From: Klebsormidium nitens
Taxonomy: Eukaryota > Plantae > Klebsormidiophyceae
NCBI GenBank assembly: GCA_000708835.1
Contig: DF237612.1
Span: forward strand, 1-46,212
Direction: 5' to 3'
Length of the DNA stretch: 46,212 nucleotides
Each line of letters begins with the position of its first letter. Position 1 is the first letter of the stretch. A program made the position numbers and the translations under genes. The notes below the pieces were generated by a model. The model ran no database searches. It was given only the letters and a program-made list of their open reading frames with translations, and was not told the DNA's origin. This document shows, one piece after another, positions 22,073-35,486 of the stretch.

Positions 22073-23487
22073 CTGATAGCGTGGGGCAAAAAATAGTTCG
22101 TTGCCAGGAAACGGCCTTCAATCTTGAAAGGCCCTTTTCATCCTGCGGAAGATCAGGCACCGAGAAAAGAGAGCCCAGCTTGAGTTTGGGAGTTGGGGCC
22201 GTAAACTTACATAAAGATGGAAACATAGTAGCACAGGCTCTTCGACCACTTCTGGAGAAGATCCGAGCAGATACCACCGTTGGAACCATTACAAGCCGTT
22301 GGGATGTCGGTCCTACAACCACCTTCATTGGTCTCCAATATACTTTGGAAAGTTCTTTATCTGCACGCTGAGCTTGGACTCCTCATGATCGATCAGGGGC
22401 ACATCCAGTCTGTGAGCTGAAGGGTCAAGCCACGTATTCAGCACAAGAATCAGGCCAGCGTGGGTGCGTGATTCATTTCCCCAAGTAATGACTCAAATAT
22501 CACCTCCATTTGTGCTTATATATAGGCCCAGATTGTACATGCTGTGTGGTACCAAAGATGCTCTGTTGTTAATGCGGAAGTGTCATCCTGATCGTGTGGG
22601 GCTCCGCCATTGTCATGCGCACACGTATACATGCATGATCAGCTTCATGCACTTGGATAAGTAGGGAAGAATATATATCTTGATAAGAATAGCTAAATTT
22701 GAACATCGCGCCATTGAGAATTTTTGTTATGACACGTTCCGTTCCCAAGTAGCCCCACACTGGACCGTCGATCTGATTCAGGGGCCTGAACGGACGGTCA
22801 CATGGGTAAGAGAAGTCCTTCCGGAAGGCCGGCTGAAATGGGAAGTCCGACGCCGCTGCAATAAAGTGGCCGCAACTTGCAAGTCGCATTTGCCGCGATC
22901 GCGGGCCCATGATGCATGTACTGGTACATGTACGTGTCGGGTACTGCGTATGGGTCTTACCGTGGCCCATCAGATGCTTGCAGTTCGCCGCACTGGTGTG
23001 ATCACTGATCCGCATTCGAGGATCCCCACCAGGCGCTGCAAGCTGCTGCAAGTCACGTTCACTGCGATGTGAATGATTGATGGTCACATGACTCTTGCCC
23101 CTGGTTCCCTGTCGCATTGGGCTCTGCCCCTCTAGCCCTCTGGCTGTGGAGAGCTTATTCTTCTATCGAATACCTGAATGGCGGGGTGCAATTGCACGCC
23201 TGCAACATCTGTACCATCATGGTCTTTAGGCGTGAGCGTCCTGATTCCTGTGTACAGCAAGGACCTTCGACCGTGAATTAGGGTTCCTGATCAATCAGCT
23301 CGGTGGCCTTGCCTTGCAGCTCAGCATGGGGCTTGCAACATTGTTTTTTCTACATGTGCCCCGACAATCAGCATTGCAGCATGGGACCTTCCTAGCTTTC
23401 GGAACTTCTCGTTGAGTGCTTTACTAACGGAACTGTGAGCCGTTGAGTCCGTCAAGTTCCATTGGCCTTCGCGGGAACATTGTAAAG

Positions 23488-26400
23488 ATGGAAAACAGGC
23501 AGCCTAAGCAGCTTGTATTCAAGGGCCGTCAGGAGACAGCGCTTGAGCTCGCTCCCAGCAACTGTGAAGCCGATGCAGAGCCGCCTGTTCTTCACATTGC
23601 ACAGGTTGCCAGCATCTCTGACGAGGACTGGCTGCACGATCATGACCTCGAGGATGCCCTTGTTGGTCAGAAGGCAAAGGTGTACACCTCTATACTTTAT
23701 GTTGTTTCACATCTTACAAGCATTTGGAGGGGGGGAGCTGCAGGATCAAACGTCGAGTCAGGAACAAAACAGGGTGCTAAGTTCGATCATGTCGACAAAG
23801 CAGACTTGAGCCCCCAAACACTCAATTCAAGAACCGATTTGTATGACGATCCAATCTTTAGCTCAATTTGCATTGCTCTAACAGCAGTACCTGGTTGCAC
23901 TGAGCTCAGGAGCTCTCGTTTTGCAGGCGTCAGCAAGCTGGGGTGTCTTCTTCGGTTTGACGTACACTTCAGTTGGGGTCGTCTATGGTGACCTAGGTAC
24001 GTAAGTTATGAGCGTTCTTTTGGGACTGCTTACAAAAGCTGGAAGAAGAAGACCAGTTGCTGGTCTTATGTGTTCAAATCCTGACTTCCAACAAAGCAGA
24101 TCTAGCTGCGCTTGGAGTCACCTTCTGTGCCCCTTTGCCTGCTTGTGCAAGTAGGATTCGAAGATGTTGCACAAGAGCGAACAAAACTTGGCACGGAAGT
24201 CCTGGCATCATTCTCCTCATGATGATCTTGTATCCCTTTCAGTCACTGAAAGGCTTTGCTTTGCTGCAAAGTTGCTGCTGCGCAACTTTTCGCAAACTTA
24301 CGCTGACCAACAGATCTCTACATGCAGGCACGAGCCCCATGTACTTGTGGCAGGTAAAACAATCTCTTGAAGTTGTAAAGTATCTGGCTTTCTTTCCTAC
24401 TCATACAGCACTGATGGAGATCTTGACTCGAATTGAACATGTGTTCTTATTCAAATTATATGCAGCTATGTTGCCTGAACCAGAAATGGTAGAACAATAT
24501 TGTCAGCACTAGCATTTGATCTCTCCCCTTTCATTGTCGTCCACCTGTAATTTGGTTGGCGTGGTGGCGCTTACGCTCAATGACAGAATTACCTGAAGAG
24601 TGCTTCTTTGATCTGCAGACATGTTTCAGCTTTCCAGCTACTGAAAGCGATATCGTTGGGGCCTTGAGCCTGGTTCTATGGACCCTCACGCTTATTGTGG
24701 TGTTCAAATACGTTGTCATCGTCCTGTGCGCCAACGACCAAGGAGAAGGTGAGCCTCACGCTATTTATCGCCTTTGTGTCATTGTGTGTGACAAGAAGCT
24801 GGCTCATCTTGTAGGCAGTAAGATGGACAGGGGAGCAGAACTTGCAGGCAATCTGGACAGCGAGCGGTTTCCTCTCCCAACTATAGTCAGCGTCAGATGA
24901 GCCCTTGCAGTACTCATTGTGCGGCCATGGAAGACACCTGTTAACAACCTAAAGAGAATATGCATACAAATCCAAGGATTTGCCAGAGCCCCTATTCATT
25001 CACCGCGATAGTATTCACGTACCAGGAACAGCCTATGCTGGTACTGTCAGACCCGTGCACATTGAGAACAACTACTGCAATCTTTTCTTTGATCCTTCAG
25101 GTGGCACCTTTGCGGTGTATTCCCTGCTCTGCCGCCACGCAAAGATCACACCTTTTGGCAACCTCCACGACTCCGACAAGGGCCTTTCGCAATACTCCAA
25201 GGAAGGCGCCAAGGAACGCAGGCGGCTTCCGAAGAAGCTTGCAGCAGCGCTAGAAGGAAGTCCGCTCTTGCAGAATGTTCTGTTGACCTTTGTGCTGTGC
25301 GGCACATGCGCATTAGCAGGGGACGGAGTGCTGACGCCCCCTGTTTCGGGTAAGCGCCTCAACTATGGTCCTGAGTTTATTTCGTCCATCGTACGGTCCT
25401 AGATATAGACAGGCTGTGTCGAGCCCTTGCTGTTTGAAATTCTTGTGCCTCTTGAAGGTAGGTGTGCCATCAAGTGTTCTTAAATATAAGTTCTACATAG
25501 AAGCTATTTGCAGGAGTAACGTCCATTGAAGCATACCAGCTCTTGAAATCCTTCTTGAGAAGATGTGTACATAAAGGATCTGGCCTGCAGTCCAAATGTC
25601 CAGATATTTTACGATTTTACCCTCGTTCGTGATTCTTCAGATATGCAAGTCAATCAGAAAAACTCACGAATCTGATTTGTCATTTTGCAGTCCTCTCAGC
25701 TATGACCGGCCTGCAAGTTCCTACCGTGCTTTTAAACGCGGATGGCTCAACAAAAATCTCGAATGGTAAGATACTGCATGAACGGCAGCCTCCTGCTCTT
25801 GTCTCGCTTGTTTCTTCCTCGTCTTGATACAAAGTTTTTCTTTGAGCAGCTCTTTGCATAGCCAGAAACCTCGAGGCAAAACATCGGACCTGGTATCCGC
25901 ACCTCAGATCCAGAGAAGCAATGAAAGACCCGTAAAGAATCTTCGCAGCCTGATACCTCTGTTCAATCAACTTGGAAGGATTTGCGAGACAGTCACATTC
26001 ATAAGCTTGATGTAGCTTTGAAAGCTTCGTCTGTTGTTAAGGCCTGTTTATGCCTTTGTTCTTGATTGATTGATTGTTCTTTGATTCGTAACTACCACTG
26101 GGTACCAGCTGAAGACAAATTTTCATTATGTTGTCCTTCTCTACTCTCTCAGGTGTGGTCATCGGAGCTACGTGCGCTGTCCTAATTGGGATTTTTCTAA
26201 GCCAGCAGTTTGGCACCAGCAAAATCGGCTACGTCTATGCTCCTATCCTCATTGTCTATTTCGTTGTTAACGCCTCGATCGGGGTGTATAACATATCGAA
26301 GTGGGAGCCTTCCATTTTCAAGGTGAGGATCCTCCATAAATTACTGCGTTGACGGGCTGATGCACATTCGCTCTGCTCGCTTTTTGTACGCTCCTCTTCT

Positions 26401-29400
26401 GTCGACACAGTTTTGCAAGAAGTGCATAATCTTGCCAGCTTTGGCAAGATTGAGCTACCTAGAGCATTGCAGATCCAAAAGCCTTCACATCAATCTCAAT
26501 TTCCGTTCCGATTTGCTAGGCGTTCTCTCCATCCTACGGCATCGATTACCTGGTGCGCAACAAGTTCAACGGCTGGAAGAGCCTTGGTGGCATCTGCCTA
26601 GCTATCACCGGCGTAGAAGCTCTCTTCGCTGACTTGGGGCACTTCAACGTGTCGTCAATCAGAGTGAGCCTTTTTGCACGAATTTCAGCAGCCTCCACCT
26701 TTAATCGAAGGCTCCTCTTTAAGCGCTTTTCTGCGGGCTACAGCTTGTATCTGCTCGTTGAAATGATGATAGAAGAGGCATGCTGAGAGGTGCAATATCC
26801 TCTGCGCGCAGTGATAACTCCCAACTTCCGCGAATTGGGAGTTATTCGCGGAAGTTGGGAGTTATTCTGCCTCATGCTCTAAACTTCTATGTCAGCTTTT
26901 CGAACTTAAACACTATGTACTGTCTCATAATTTTCTGCGTTTGATTCAGACCATCGAATCTACCAAGCGTCTGACTCGTCTCTGTCCACTCTCGGATCCT
27001 ACCCTTCTCTCTACGCTACAGGCTAGTTCAATGTTCCTCGTTTACCCCAGCCTGCTACTTATCTACCTCGGCCAAGGCGCGTACCTCTCGAAGAACCCTG
27101 GGGATGTGTCCCAGGCTTACTACAAGGGAATACCAACCCCGGTCTATTGGCCGGTCTTTGTCCTTGCCATGTTGGCATCCATCGTTGCGAGCCAGGCTAT
27201 CATTGCAGGTACTAATCCCTTGACCTGCAATTGGTTCATTTTCACCGAGGCAGACGTCTCCGTCTCGACCGAACACAAGCGGCCTTGGATATCTTCTCTC
27301 TCTGCGCATTTCATCTCCCCGCTGTATACGCTTCTGCTAACTTCTGAGCTAGCGAAGCCGAAACAGGCTCCCATTCCGCGGAACCTTGAGGAACTTTCGA
27401 TCATAACCAAGGCGATTGGCCTAACGATGTCTATCCTCCAGGCACTTTCTCTGTGCTCGCCCAGTCTGCCCGCCTCAACTGCTTCCCCCGGGTGAAGGTA
27501 GTTCACACGTCCAAGGTGGTAGAAGGCCAGATCTACATCCCCGAAGTCAACTGGATTCTGATGGTTCTCGGGCTTGCCTGCGTTCTGGGGTTCTCCCTCC
27601 CCCAGCCCAGCGACCAGCCAGTCAATGGCGAGGCACTCGGCAACGCCTTTGGCAAGTTGCTTCCCTTTCTTTCTTGATCAACTCTTGTTCTACTATGTGG
27701 CCCTTTTCATTCTATACCGGCGTGTATCAATAGCACTTCTTCAGTTTTGAGATCAGACAAGCCTCTAAAGTACAGCGGATATCTCGAGGGGCTCGAACCA
27801 GCCGCTTGCGCGAGCCTTTGCTTACGTCCCTCCGACTAATTGTTGGATTGCCTGCTGGGGGGTTCTGCTCCCGCTTAAAGTCTGACTGATTGCGTGCACT
27901 TCAAACAGCCTGCTTGTTACGAATACCTGAGCAGCTCTTTATTGTTTGTCACGGTTTGAAATGGAGATGATTAATTGATACGGCCGACTGGAAGCTTGGT
28001 AGGGGGCCTCCGTTCAATCTTCATTAGACCATGTACTCATGCACTGTTCGAGCAAAAACAAGCGTGACTTTCAAGCCTCGTATTGAGAACCTGTATCTTC
28101 AGTTGCAGTCGGGGAGCTCTGGCATGTTCACCATGCGCGACTGCTCCTGTTGAAACCCAAAGAAACTTACGTTTTTCTCCTAGCGAGAGAATGAGTCTTT
28201 CTGGGGCTTTTGTGGCGCAGGGATCGCGGTGATGTTCGTAATGGTCATTACGACGTGCCTCGTCACGCTTGTGATGCTGCTCGTATGGAACGTGCGCCCG
28301 CTGCTCGCCGCCGCCTTCTTCGGCTTCTTCTTTGTCTTCGAGATGGTCTTTCTCTCAGCCAACGTATACAAGGTGAGTCACCCAGTAAAGTTTCTTAGTC
28401 GGATGGATGTTGGCCGGACGTTCTTTGTAAGCGGGGCTGCTTAGGACCAGCGCGCAAGGCTTTATGCTTGAGCGTGAAGGGCTGGAGCAGATCAGCACTC
28501 AGCCGTATATGAGCAGAAATCTGGATTTCAGAGAATTGTTGCGAAGACTTGAAGACTTCTGCACTGCATAGAGGGCTTGCAGTGGTCTCGGCGGCTCAAG
28601 GTCCTCAATTTCATACTAGCTTCCCGCATTCGGTATTCAGCAGCCTAAGCGTAAAAGAATCTCCTTGGTCAACTAGTAGTGGTGGTGTTGTAGGGTACAA
28701 GAGTCTGCTACGAATTCTTTTGATTTGTCATTTGATAGCCCCTGTGCAACCCTTTCCGCGGACAAAACGGTCAATTTTCGGCTGCAGGTCGAGCACGGCG
28801 GCTGGTTCCCGCTCGCGATCGCCGTCATCGTGTTCGGCATCAGCTACGTCTGGCACTGGGGCTCGACGCAGCGCTGCTTGCACAGCGCCAAGCTGGGGAG
28901 CCAACTGGAGGACGTCATTGTTGCTGAGAAGAACGAGATTGAGGAGGCCCCGCAGGCAAGCTTGACGTCCTCTCCGCTTCAGGTCTTAAGATGTTTCGTC
29001 CGTTACCTTATTTTTATCAGCGAGGAACTGTCGGGTCCGGAAGGATTCTTCCTCTTTCTGTGACTCGCCTGGTGATCTGGATTCTCCGCGCTGAAAGGAG
29101 GCCTGTATTCAACAGATTATTATTTGTATTGGAGGCTAGTAACATGATCCAAAGCTTTTGTCAATCTGGAAAAGGAGGTTCTGTCAATCTGGAAAAGGAG
29201 GTTTCGAAGAACCGAATCTCATTTCCTATGAACCTGATCTCTGAACTGAAGCGCCACGCTCCTTCTTGCAGACAGCACCGTCCGACTCCGTCAAGGTTTG
29301 CCTCAAGAGCTCGGGCCACAGGATATATGCCGCTCGGGGGGCCGCCCTCTTCTACTGCGACACTCTACACCACCTTCCCCCCATCTTTGCATTCTCGCTC

Positions 29401-31236
29401 GAAGCCATGCCCACGGTCCACGAGATTACGGTGTTCCTGACCATTCGACAGGTGCGAAAATTTAGCTGCAGGCCTCACTCTTTGATGTCTGAGTCCGTTC
29501 GCTGGTCGATCAGCTGCCTCGCAACGTGTTGGCCCTAGGCTACAACGTTGTTCTCTCTCTACTTCATATCGAGCATTTAACCGGTCAGAAGGTCTTCTGG
29601 GTTCGATGCTTCGATTTGTTTGTTCTGATTTTCTGGTCTCGCACGATAAACTTCCGGGGGATCAAGGCTCTTTGACTCAAGTAAGTCTGAAAAGGGGTGA
29701 AGTCAGAAAAACTGATCTTTTTCCTCATTGTGTGTCTGTTGCCCCTGTAAGTTCATTCAAGAACCATTTTGAATTCACCATTTATATTTCCTTCACCCCA
29801 GTATCAGAAGCTTCCGTACGTACGTCTTGTCGGTACCGCATCATGCTTCGCTTATATTCCCACTCACGTCGCAGTATCCTCACCTACAAACCTTGCTCGG
29901 GCTTCTTGTCCATTTTACTCCCGTCCTCCCAAGTGAGCGTCTATTGCTTGCCTGGCAACATTCCTCTGCAAAACTTCGCGAACGACTTTTGACATAATGT
30001 CGGAAAGTGTCTCCGCGTATGGCCCGCTGCCGTTCAATCCGCTTATACCTACCTTCTCGCCCTTACTGGTCCTCTTACCTAACGTATTCTAGAAGGAACG
30101 CTCCCTCGTCATCATACTCTCCACATTTTCAAAAAGAAGTCCCGACTTATACTCTCCCCCTATGCCCGCTCATTCTGCACTTATATATCCCGCTTGTGTC
30201 TCCCCTCAGGTCCCTGTCCCCCACGTCCTTCAAAAGGAGCGCCTCCTGGTGAAGCCCATGGCGTACCCCGGCTTCTACTGGGTGCTCGCGCGCTACGGCT
30301 ACCTGGACCAGCCCAACCACTCCGCCGCTTTCGCGCGCCAAGTCCTCAAGACCATCGCGCACTATCTTGAGCACGGATCCAGCTGCCCGGACCTTCAGGC
30401 GCTGGATCCCGACGGGCAGGACCCCACGTGGTCGCTCTCTCGAGCCGCCTCCAGAAAGCTGAACCCGAGAATCGCCCTCGCCGGAACACAACTGAATGGG
30501 ACGGAGCAGAACGGAATGCCGGACCTCACGCTGACGGACGCCTCAAAGGCCCTAGGTCTTAGTCCGCCTCCTTCCGAGGCGTCGTTTGAAAACGTAGAAT
30601 CCAAGCCGCCCCTCTTCAAACCAGCCTCCCAAAAGCCAGCGAACACAACGATTGACGAGAACGGGATTTCCGCAGATGAGCAGGACCTGTTACCGGACGA
30701 TACTGGCGTCGAGATATCGGACTATGCACGACAGGTGAAGCTGCTGAAGGACGCGCAGCGCCAGCGCATCCTGTACCTGAAGACAAGGTCCGTCGTGAGG
30801 GCCGCGAAGGATTCCAGCGTCCTGCGAAAGTTCGTGAGTGTCACCGCTCGAATTGTCCCCTTCGTGTTTCCAAAGCTTGCCCTAGAGTCTCTTTATTTGT
30901 CACAGAAGTGTTGAAAGATGGTGTAGTTGGATTGCCCTCTGTCGTCAGATTCGTGTCCGGAAATGAAGAAGATGGCTGTGGTCAGAAGCCAGAATGTAAT
31001 CTACTGTATTCATAGCTTTTGACGTTCTCAAATATGGCGGCTCTCTGCCTAATCGCGGGCAAGAAACCGAAGAAATGTAGCCATATTTTGAGCTTTTGAA
31101 TGATGCTGACTTCCTCACTTGGCAGGTCTTGGAGTCAGCTTACAACGGCCTATTGAACCTGAGCCGGTCGCCAGCACATATTCTCAACATCCCGTACTCG
31201 CAGCTCTTAGAGTTGGCCATGGTATATGAGCTTTAG
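23488..31236 (+). CDS. KUP: KUP/HAK/KT family potassium transporter, about 895 aa, 15 exons
   Basis: Exons 23488-23679, 23927-23996, 24328-24353, 24619-24748, 25101-25349, 25691-25765, 26153-26322, 26520-26663, 27022-27208, 27442-27651, 28221-28372, 28788-28955 (or -28982), 29272-29451, 30210-30833, 31126-31236. Family motifs [74 protein letters not shown]. Phases are consistent using a GC donor at 27652. The exact start codon is less certain. Confidence 0.93.
26814..26865. repeat. Perfect 22-bp inverted repeat (hairpin, 8-nt loop) in a KUP intron
   Basis: ATAACTCCCAACTTCCGCGAAT (26814-26835), loop TGGGAGTT, ATTCGCGGAAGTTGGGAGTTAT (26844-26865). Confidence 0.92.
29159..29203 (+). repeat. Perfect 22-nt tandem duplication in a KUP intron
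   Basis: TGTCAATCTGGAAAAGGAGGTT at 29159-29180 and 29182-29203. Confidence 0.9.
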
Positions 31237-34200
31237 CTACATATTCTCACTGCTGTACTTATTGATCGCGAGGCATTACCTAAACAAGCACGCAAGTTTA
31301 TCGACTTGGAAGGAAGTTGACACACTGACATTCATTGAATAAGATGCGATACTACGTCGTCTGCCTCAAAGGAGCCAAGACGTACTTGTAATTTAGAAAA
31401 GCTCACTTCTGCACCCGCGGTGAGCTGTGCTCGTCTAACTGTTTTAGTATACAAGGTCGTGCTGCAATTTATCTGGTATACTATGTGGTGACATTGAACA
31501 TCAGGTTCGAGACATTCCGTTAATATTGACACCGTTGATGACCGTCGGAACTCTTGCAAGGTCGTTCTAGCAACTTGAAATTTCTATACCGTGACGCAGA
31601 CTCGGAGTCCACTGGCCACTAAGTTGAGTTTCTGCATGCCTGTCAAGTGGAAACCCTTGGCTCCACATGCCAGCATGACGAATTGCTTAAGCTCACCGTC
31701 AGTGCGACAGCTGCAGAGGCTGAGAATATATCAGTAATAAGCTCGCCGGCCATTCTAGATCCGGCTGCTCATATGTGAGAAGCTTAGCGTTATCCGACAC
31801 GATATCTTGACCGACTTTATGAGTGATATTCAATGTTGAATGCGGGCTCTCGTGCTTAATGTCGGACATGTCTTGACCGCGGTTAAACAAGGAAGCCGGG
31901 TACTTTAAACTCGGGGCCGGGCCCTGGCTCCAACCCAGAAATATCGTATATCGTCTATACCAAATACAAGCTGGCTCCCATGCAACGCGTGGGGTTCTTT
32001 GAGCTAGGCCGTATGGCCTAGTAGCCATAGGAGTTCCACATTAAGTGAAGCATGGCCGCCATATACCTGCAACTATGCTACCAAGCGGCCCGCAATCTCG
32101 TTGCGAAATGTAATGCAGTGCCAGCTCGGTATAGACCGCATCACGCCATGCCAAGCCTGGAAGTACTTGCAAACGCAGGCTTCCAAAAGTCTTATCAAGA
32201 TCTGCTTGCAAGCAATATTCTTGCCGTCCTGCCTCAATGCCCGGCTCGAGGCCATCCTAGGTCTGATTCCTAGTCAATAACTTGGTAGAACACCAAGTTC
32301 CTGCAAGCGATCTGCTGTCAGACTTTGTCTAGGCAAACTCGTTCCTTGGTGGTCGCGGATCGGAATCTCCAGTTTAGCGTTCCCTGCTCGAAACAGCATG
32401 TTAGCCTACTGGCGGGTCTCGAGTTCCGATCGGAAGCAGGCAAATTGGACACAGTCCGAGTTCGACCAGGCGCGTCCGCAAGCCGCTGCGTTGCCTATGC
32501 CGAGGCCTCGCATCGTCCAAGGCGCTCTGCACAGCCGCAATCGTCTTGGCCACCTGCAAAAAAGAGGTGAAAATGTGTAATCAGTACTTTGGGAGGGGCC
32601 TCGTATACTGCAAAAAGTTCGTCCTGACTTTCGAAGTAAGAGGACTTCTGAAACGAAGGGGGAAACGGCTCGTCGACATCAGAAGGGAAACAGAACCGCC
32701 GAGACACTGGTACCTGTGTCATCTTAACGCTATGACGTCGAGCTTCTGTGTCCGCATGTTCTGCATCGCGGGCGCCGAGTCTGGTCTGCCGTTTTAATGG
32801 CCGTTTGCATCTCGCACATTCGAGCTACAAAAAAGCTTCATTTGCCGACCAGAAGCAGAATGAGACGCCTCAAAGAGTCGTAGGCTCGAAAACTGGCAAG
32901 TGACTCGTCTCTATCTTCTCCCTAGCTAGCCGTTCACAATGGTCAAGTAGAAACGATCCGCCCCGGCGATTTCATTTCATCAGCATCACGGCCCTTTGAG
33001 ATCGTCATAAGCCCTTCCGAGGGAGCACACGGTCTCTCTGCATGGGGGGGGTACAACCCGGACAGTTTCCGTGTGTGCAGGAAACAGGACAGAGAGGAGG
33101 AAAGTGCAGGTTCAGCTTGTAGTAAGATTTGTGAAAAGGGGGAAGATGCGAAAATCGAGAGCTGAGAGTCGGCTAGACGCTTCAAGGTCTTTAAGTGCCG
33201 CCTCACCATTTTGCAGATTGTTCCTGTTCAGCAAGGGCGAGCCAAACTCGTGTGCATGCGCTCTGCTAGGACGAAGGCGTGTGACGACTGGATTGGGGCA
33301 GCTACGTGGTGCCTGCTGATCAGCAAGAAACGGTACAATGTTTGGTCCTGCTTGATCACAATCCGAAATCGTGGTCGATATCCGGATCGGGTCTGATGTG
33401 AAAGTCGAAGGTGCTTTTTCCAATAGACCATATGTGAACGAGAAGAAACATCTTTTTCAATCGCATCGAAGGATTCAACAGGAAGAAGCCTCGTGACTGC
33501 TTTGACAAGCTTTGGGTTCTCCTCCAACAGTAGATTTTTCAGGTTCGGCTTCATTAGGATCACAGAGACGCTGAACCGTACGCTGAAGTCTGCTCAGCCA
33601 CAATGCAATCTTCAAAAAAGGTTGCAGAAGCTTTCGTAAGCAAGCAAAGTAGTTCATCATTGGAGGGGACACTTACTCTTACACAAAAAGGGATGCCTAC
33701 GACCTGGCGCAAACAACGTTGTGTAGCGACTCCCATATGTCTGCTAAGAAACGCGCTCACAAGCCCAAGACATTGACAACTCGTCTGAAGAAATGGCAGA
33801 GATCGCGAAAGGCTCCTATCACCACGACTTTCCTATAACAGGATTTCCAGTCCAGTGGGGCTGAGTGTGCTTGAAGACATCAGGGTTGGAAAGTAGACTC
33901 CGACCTCAATAGCAGTTCCCTAATCTTCGCTGACAGATTTGCTCGGTTCCACATTCTGTGATCTGACCATAAGACGGAAGTGCTTCAAGAGAAATACGAA
34001 GTCATGGAAACAGTCCAGCGTCCTGCCAGAAAGCACTCAGATCAAAGGGCCTTTGTCGGCTGTGCATGGTCTCTCTCAGTAGAAGAATCAAGTTGGCCCG
34101 ATTCCCTTACATCGTACCTGATGTCTGGTGTTGTTCAAGCTAAAGGACATGCAGCGACATCATGAAAGCCCCACCAAAACGCTAGCGTAGGCAGCCACTT

Positions 34201-34439
34201 ACCGCGTGTGACAGTCGAATGCAGTCACCGAAATGCAGCGCAGCGGCAGTCCTCGTGGTGACTCCGGCCCCCTCCGAGGTCCTGTTCCTTTCCGCAGTCC
34301 TTTGCAATCACCTCCCCGACGTCGATGGACTCTGCTCTGGGCCCCTGCCCAGCACGCCCCCGCCTCTCCTCCTTTTCGCCCCTTTCTGCGCAGTTCCCTT
34401 GTTTCTCACCTGTTCCTCTGTTTTTTCCGCAATGCCACT

Positions 34440-35486
34440 CTATGCCTCCTCCTTTTCAAGCGCTTTGTTCCCAGAGATCCCTGCTTCCTCCGGCAACTCA
34501 ACCAGAGCATTGGCCGCCGCCCGTCTTTCCCTTCTCCACCTCGCGACTCCTGCACTCATACATTGCTTGCACGCATATGAGAGGCCGTCGGCCGAATACC
34601 GATGCCGGTAAAACCGATCGGCCGTTCTCCCCTCACCACAGATCGAGCACCGCTTCGTGCTCCTCTGCACAAATGCCCCACCATCATATTTCCGCCGCCG
34701 CTCATTCAACTTTCTTATCTTTTCGTTCGTACACAGCTTGCATATCATCTGCCGCCCCATTCTGTTCCTCTTGTTTACATGGAATTCCATCGCTGGCTTG
34801 ACCTCTCCACATTGCCTGCACTTCCGAGGTTCGTCCTGTGGCTCACGTGCGGGCTTCTTTGCTAAGCCTGCTGAAAGGCATCCCCGGCAATACAACTTCA
34901 ACAAGTCCTTCCTGGTCCGATCCACACAAAAGTCGCGCGCTTCTTTGGTGCGCCCACACCGGCCGCACTTCTTAGCATGCTCCCACGATTCCGCGACACT
35001 CATTTGAAGGTGACTGTGCTTTTGCCCAGCCCGCTTTGCCCGGCAGGCGGCCATGCATGCTCGGCACACATGGTACAGCCCGTCTGCGCTAGTGGTCGTC
35101 GCCTCAAAGTCTATCAAAAGCTTTGAATGCTGACACTCGGTGCAGTGCTTGAACTCGTCCGTTTCGCCGGCAACAGATCGATCAGGGCCAGGTGTATCTC
35201 GCTCCTCAAGTTGAGTTGCCTGTCCAACCTCGGTCAAAGAGGCGGTGATTGTCCTTCCATGAACGCCAGCAACCTTTCCTTTGTTTTGTGCATTACAGCT
35301 AGCACGCAAGCCAAAACGAAACAATTCTCCTGCTGCAGCTCTGAATATAGACCCCTCGGTTCTGGTCACAAGGTGAAGCAGCTGGCCTCTCCGCGTCCCA
35401 CACTTGTTGAAGCCGGTCTTAGCTGCGCACCTGGTTGACAGTGGCGCTGACGCCTTCTTGCAAATGAAGGACTGAGCAGCTGCCAT
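34440..35486 (-). CDS. Intronless four-repeat CX2C-X22-CX2C putative zinc-finger protein with transit-peptide-like N-terminus (paralog A), 348 aa
   Basis: Part of ORF 34440-35576. The start at 35486 (MAAAQSF..) was chosen because it aligns with the MATAQ/MATGQ starts of paralogs B and C. Four repeats in 34560-35144, e.g. CTECQHSKLLIDFEATTTSADGLYHVCRAC and CSICGEGRTADRFYRHRYSADGLSYACKQC, each with exactly 22 residues between the Cys pairs. Confidence 0.85.
   Translation of the reverse strand: MAAAQSFICKKASAPLSTRCAAKTGFNKCGTRRGQLLHLVTRTEGSIFRAAAGELFRFGLRASCNAQNKGKVAGVHGRTITASLTEVGQATQLEERDTPGPDRSVAGETDEFKHCTECQHSKLLIDFEATTTSADGLYHVCRACMAACRAKRAGQKHSHLQMSVAESWEHAKKCGRCGRTKEARDFCVDRTRKDLLKLYCRGCLSAGLAKKPAREPQDEPRKCRQCGEVKPAMEFHVNKRNRMGRQMICKLCTNEKIRKLNERRRKYDGGAFVQRSTKRCSICGEGRTADRFYRHRYSADGLSYACKQCMSAGVARWRRERRAAANALVELPEEAGISGNKALEKEEA

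Noticed and set aside
23927-25349. Deviations from typical KUP motifs (TSPMY, DQGEGG, LTPPVS)
   Set aside because: Substitutions are conservative and the key acidic residues of the GD, GEGG and EA motifs are retained, so there is no basis for claiming altered specificity.
27770-28095. TACAG...CTGTA ends and a GGTTCGAGCCC B-box-like motif on the minus strand (Tc1 MITE, tRNA or SINE?)
   Set aside because: Inverted similarity beyond 5 nt is weak, and the T-arm and acceptor stems do not pair.
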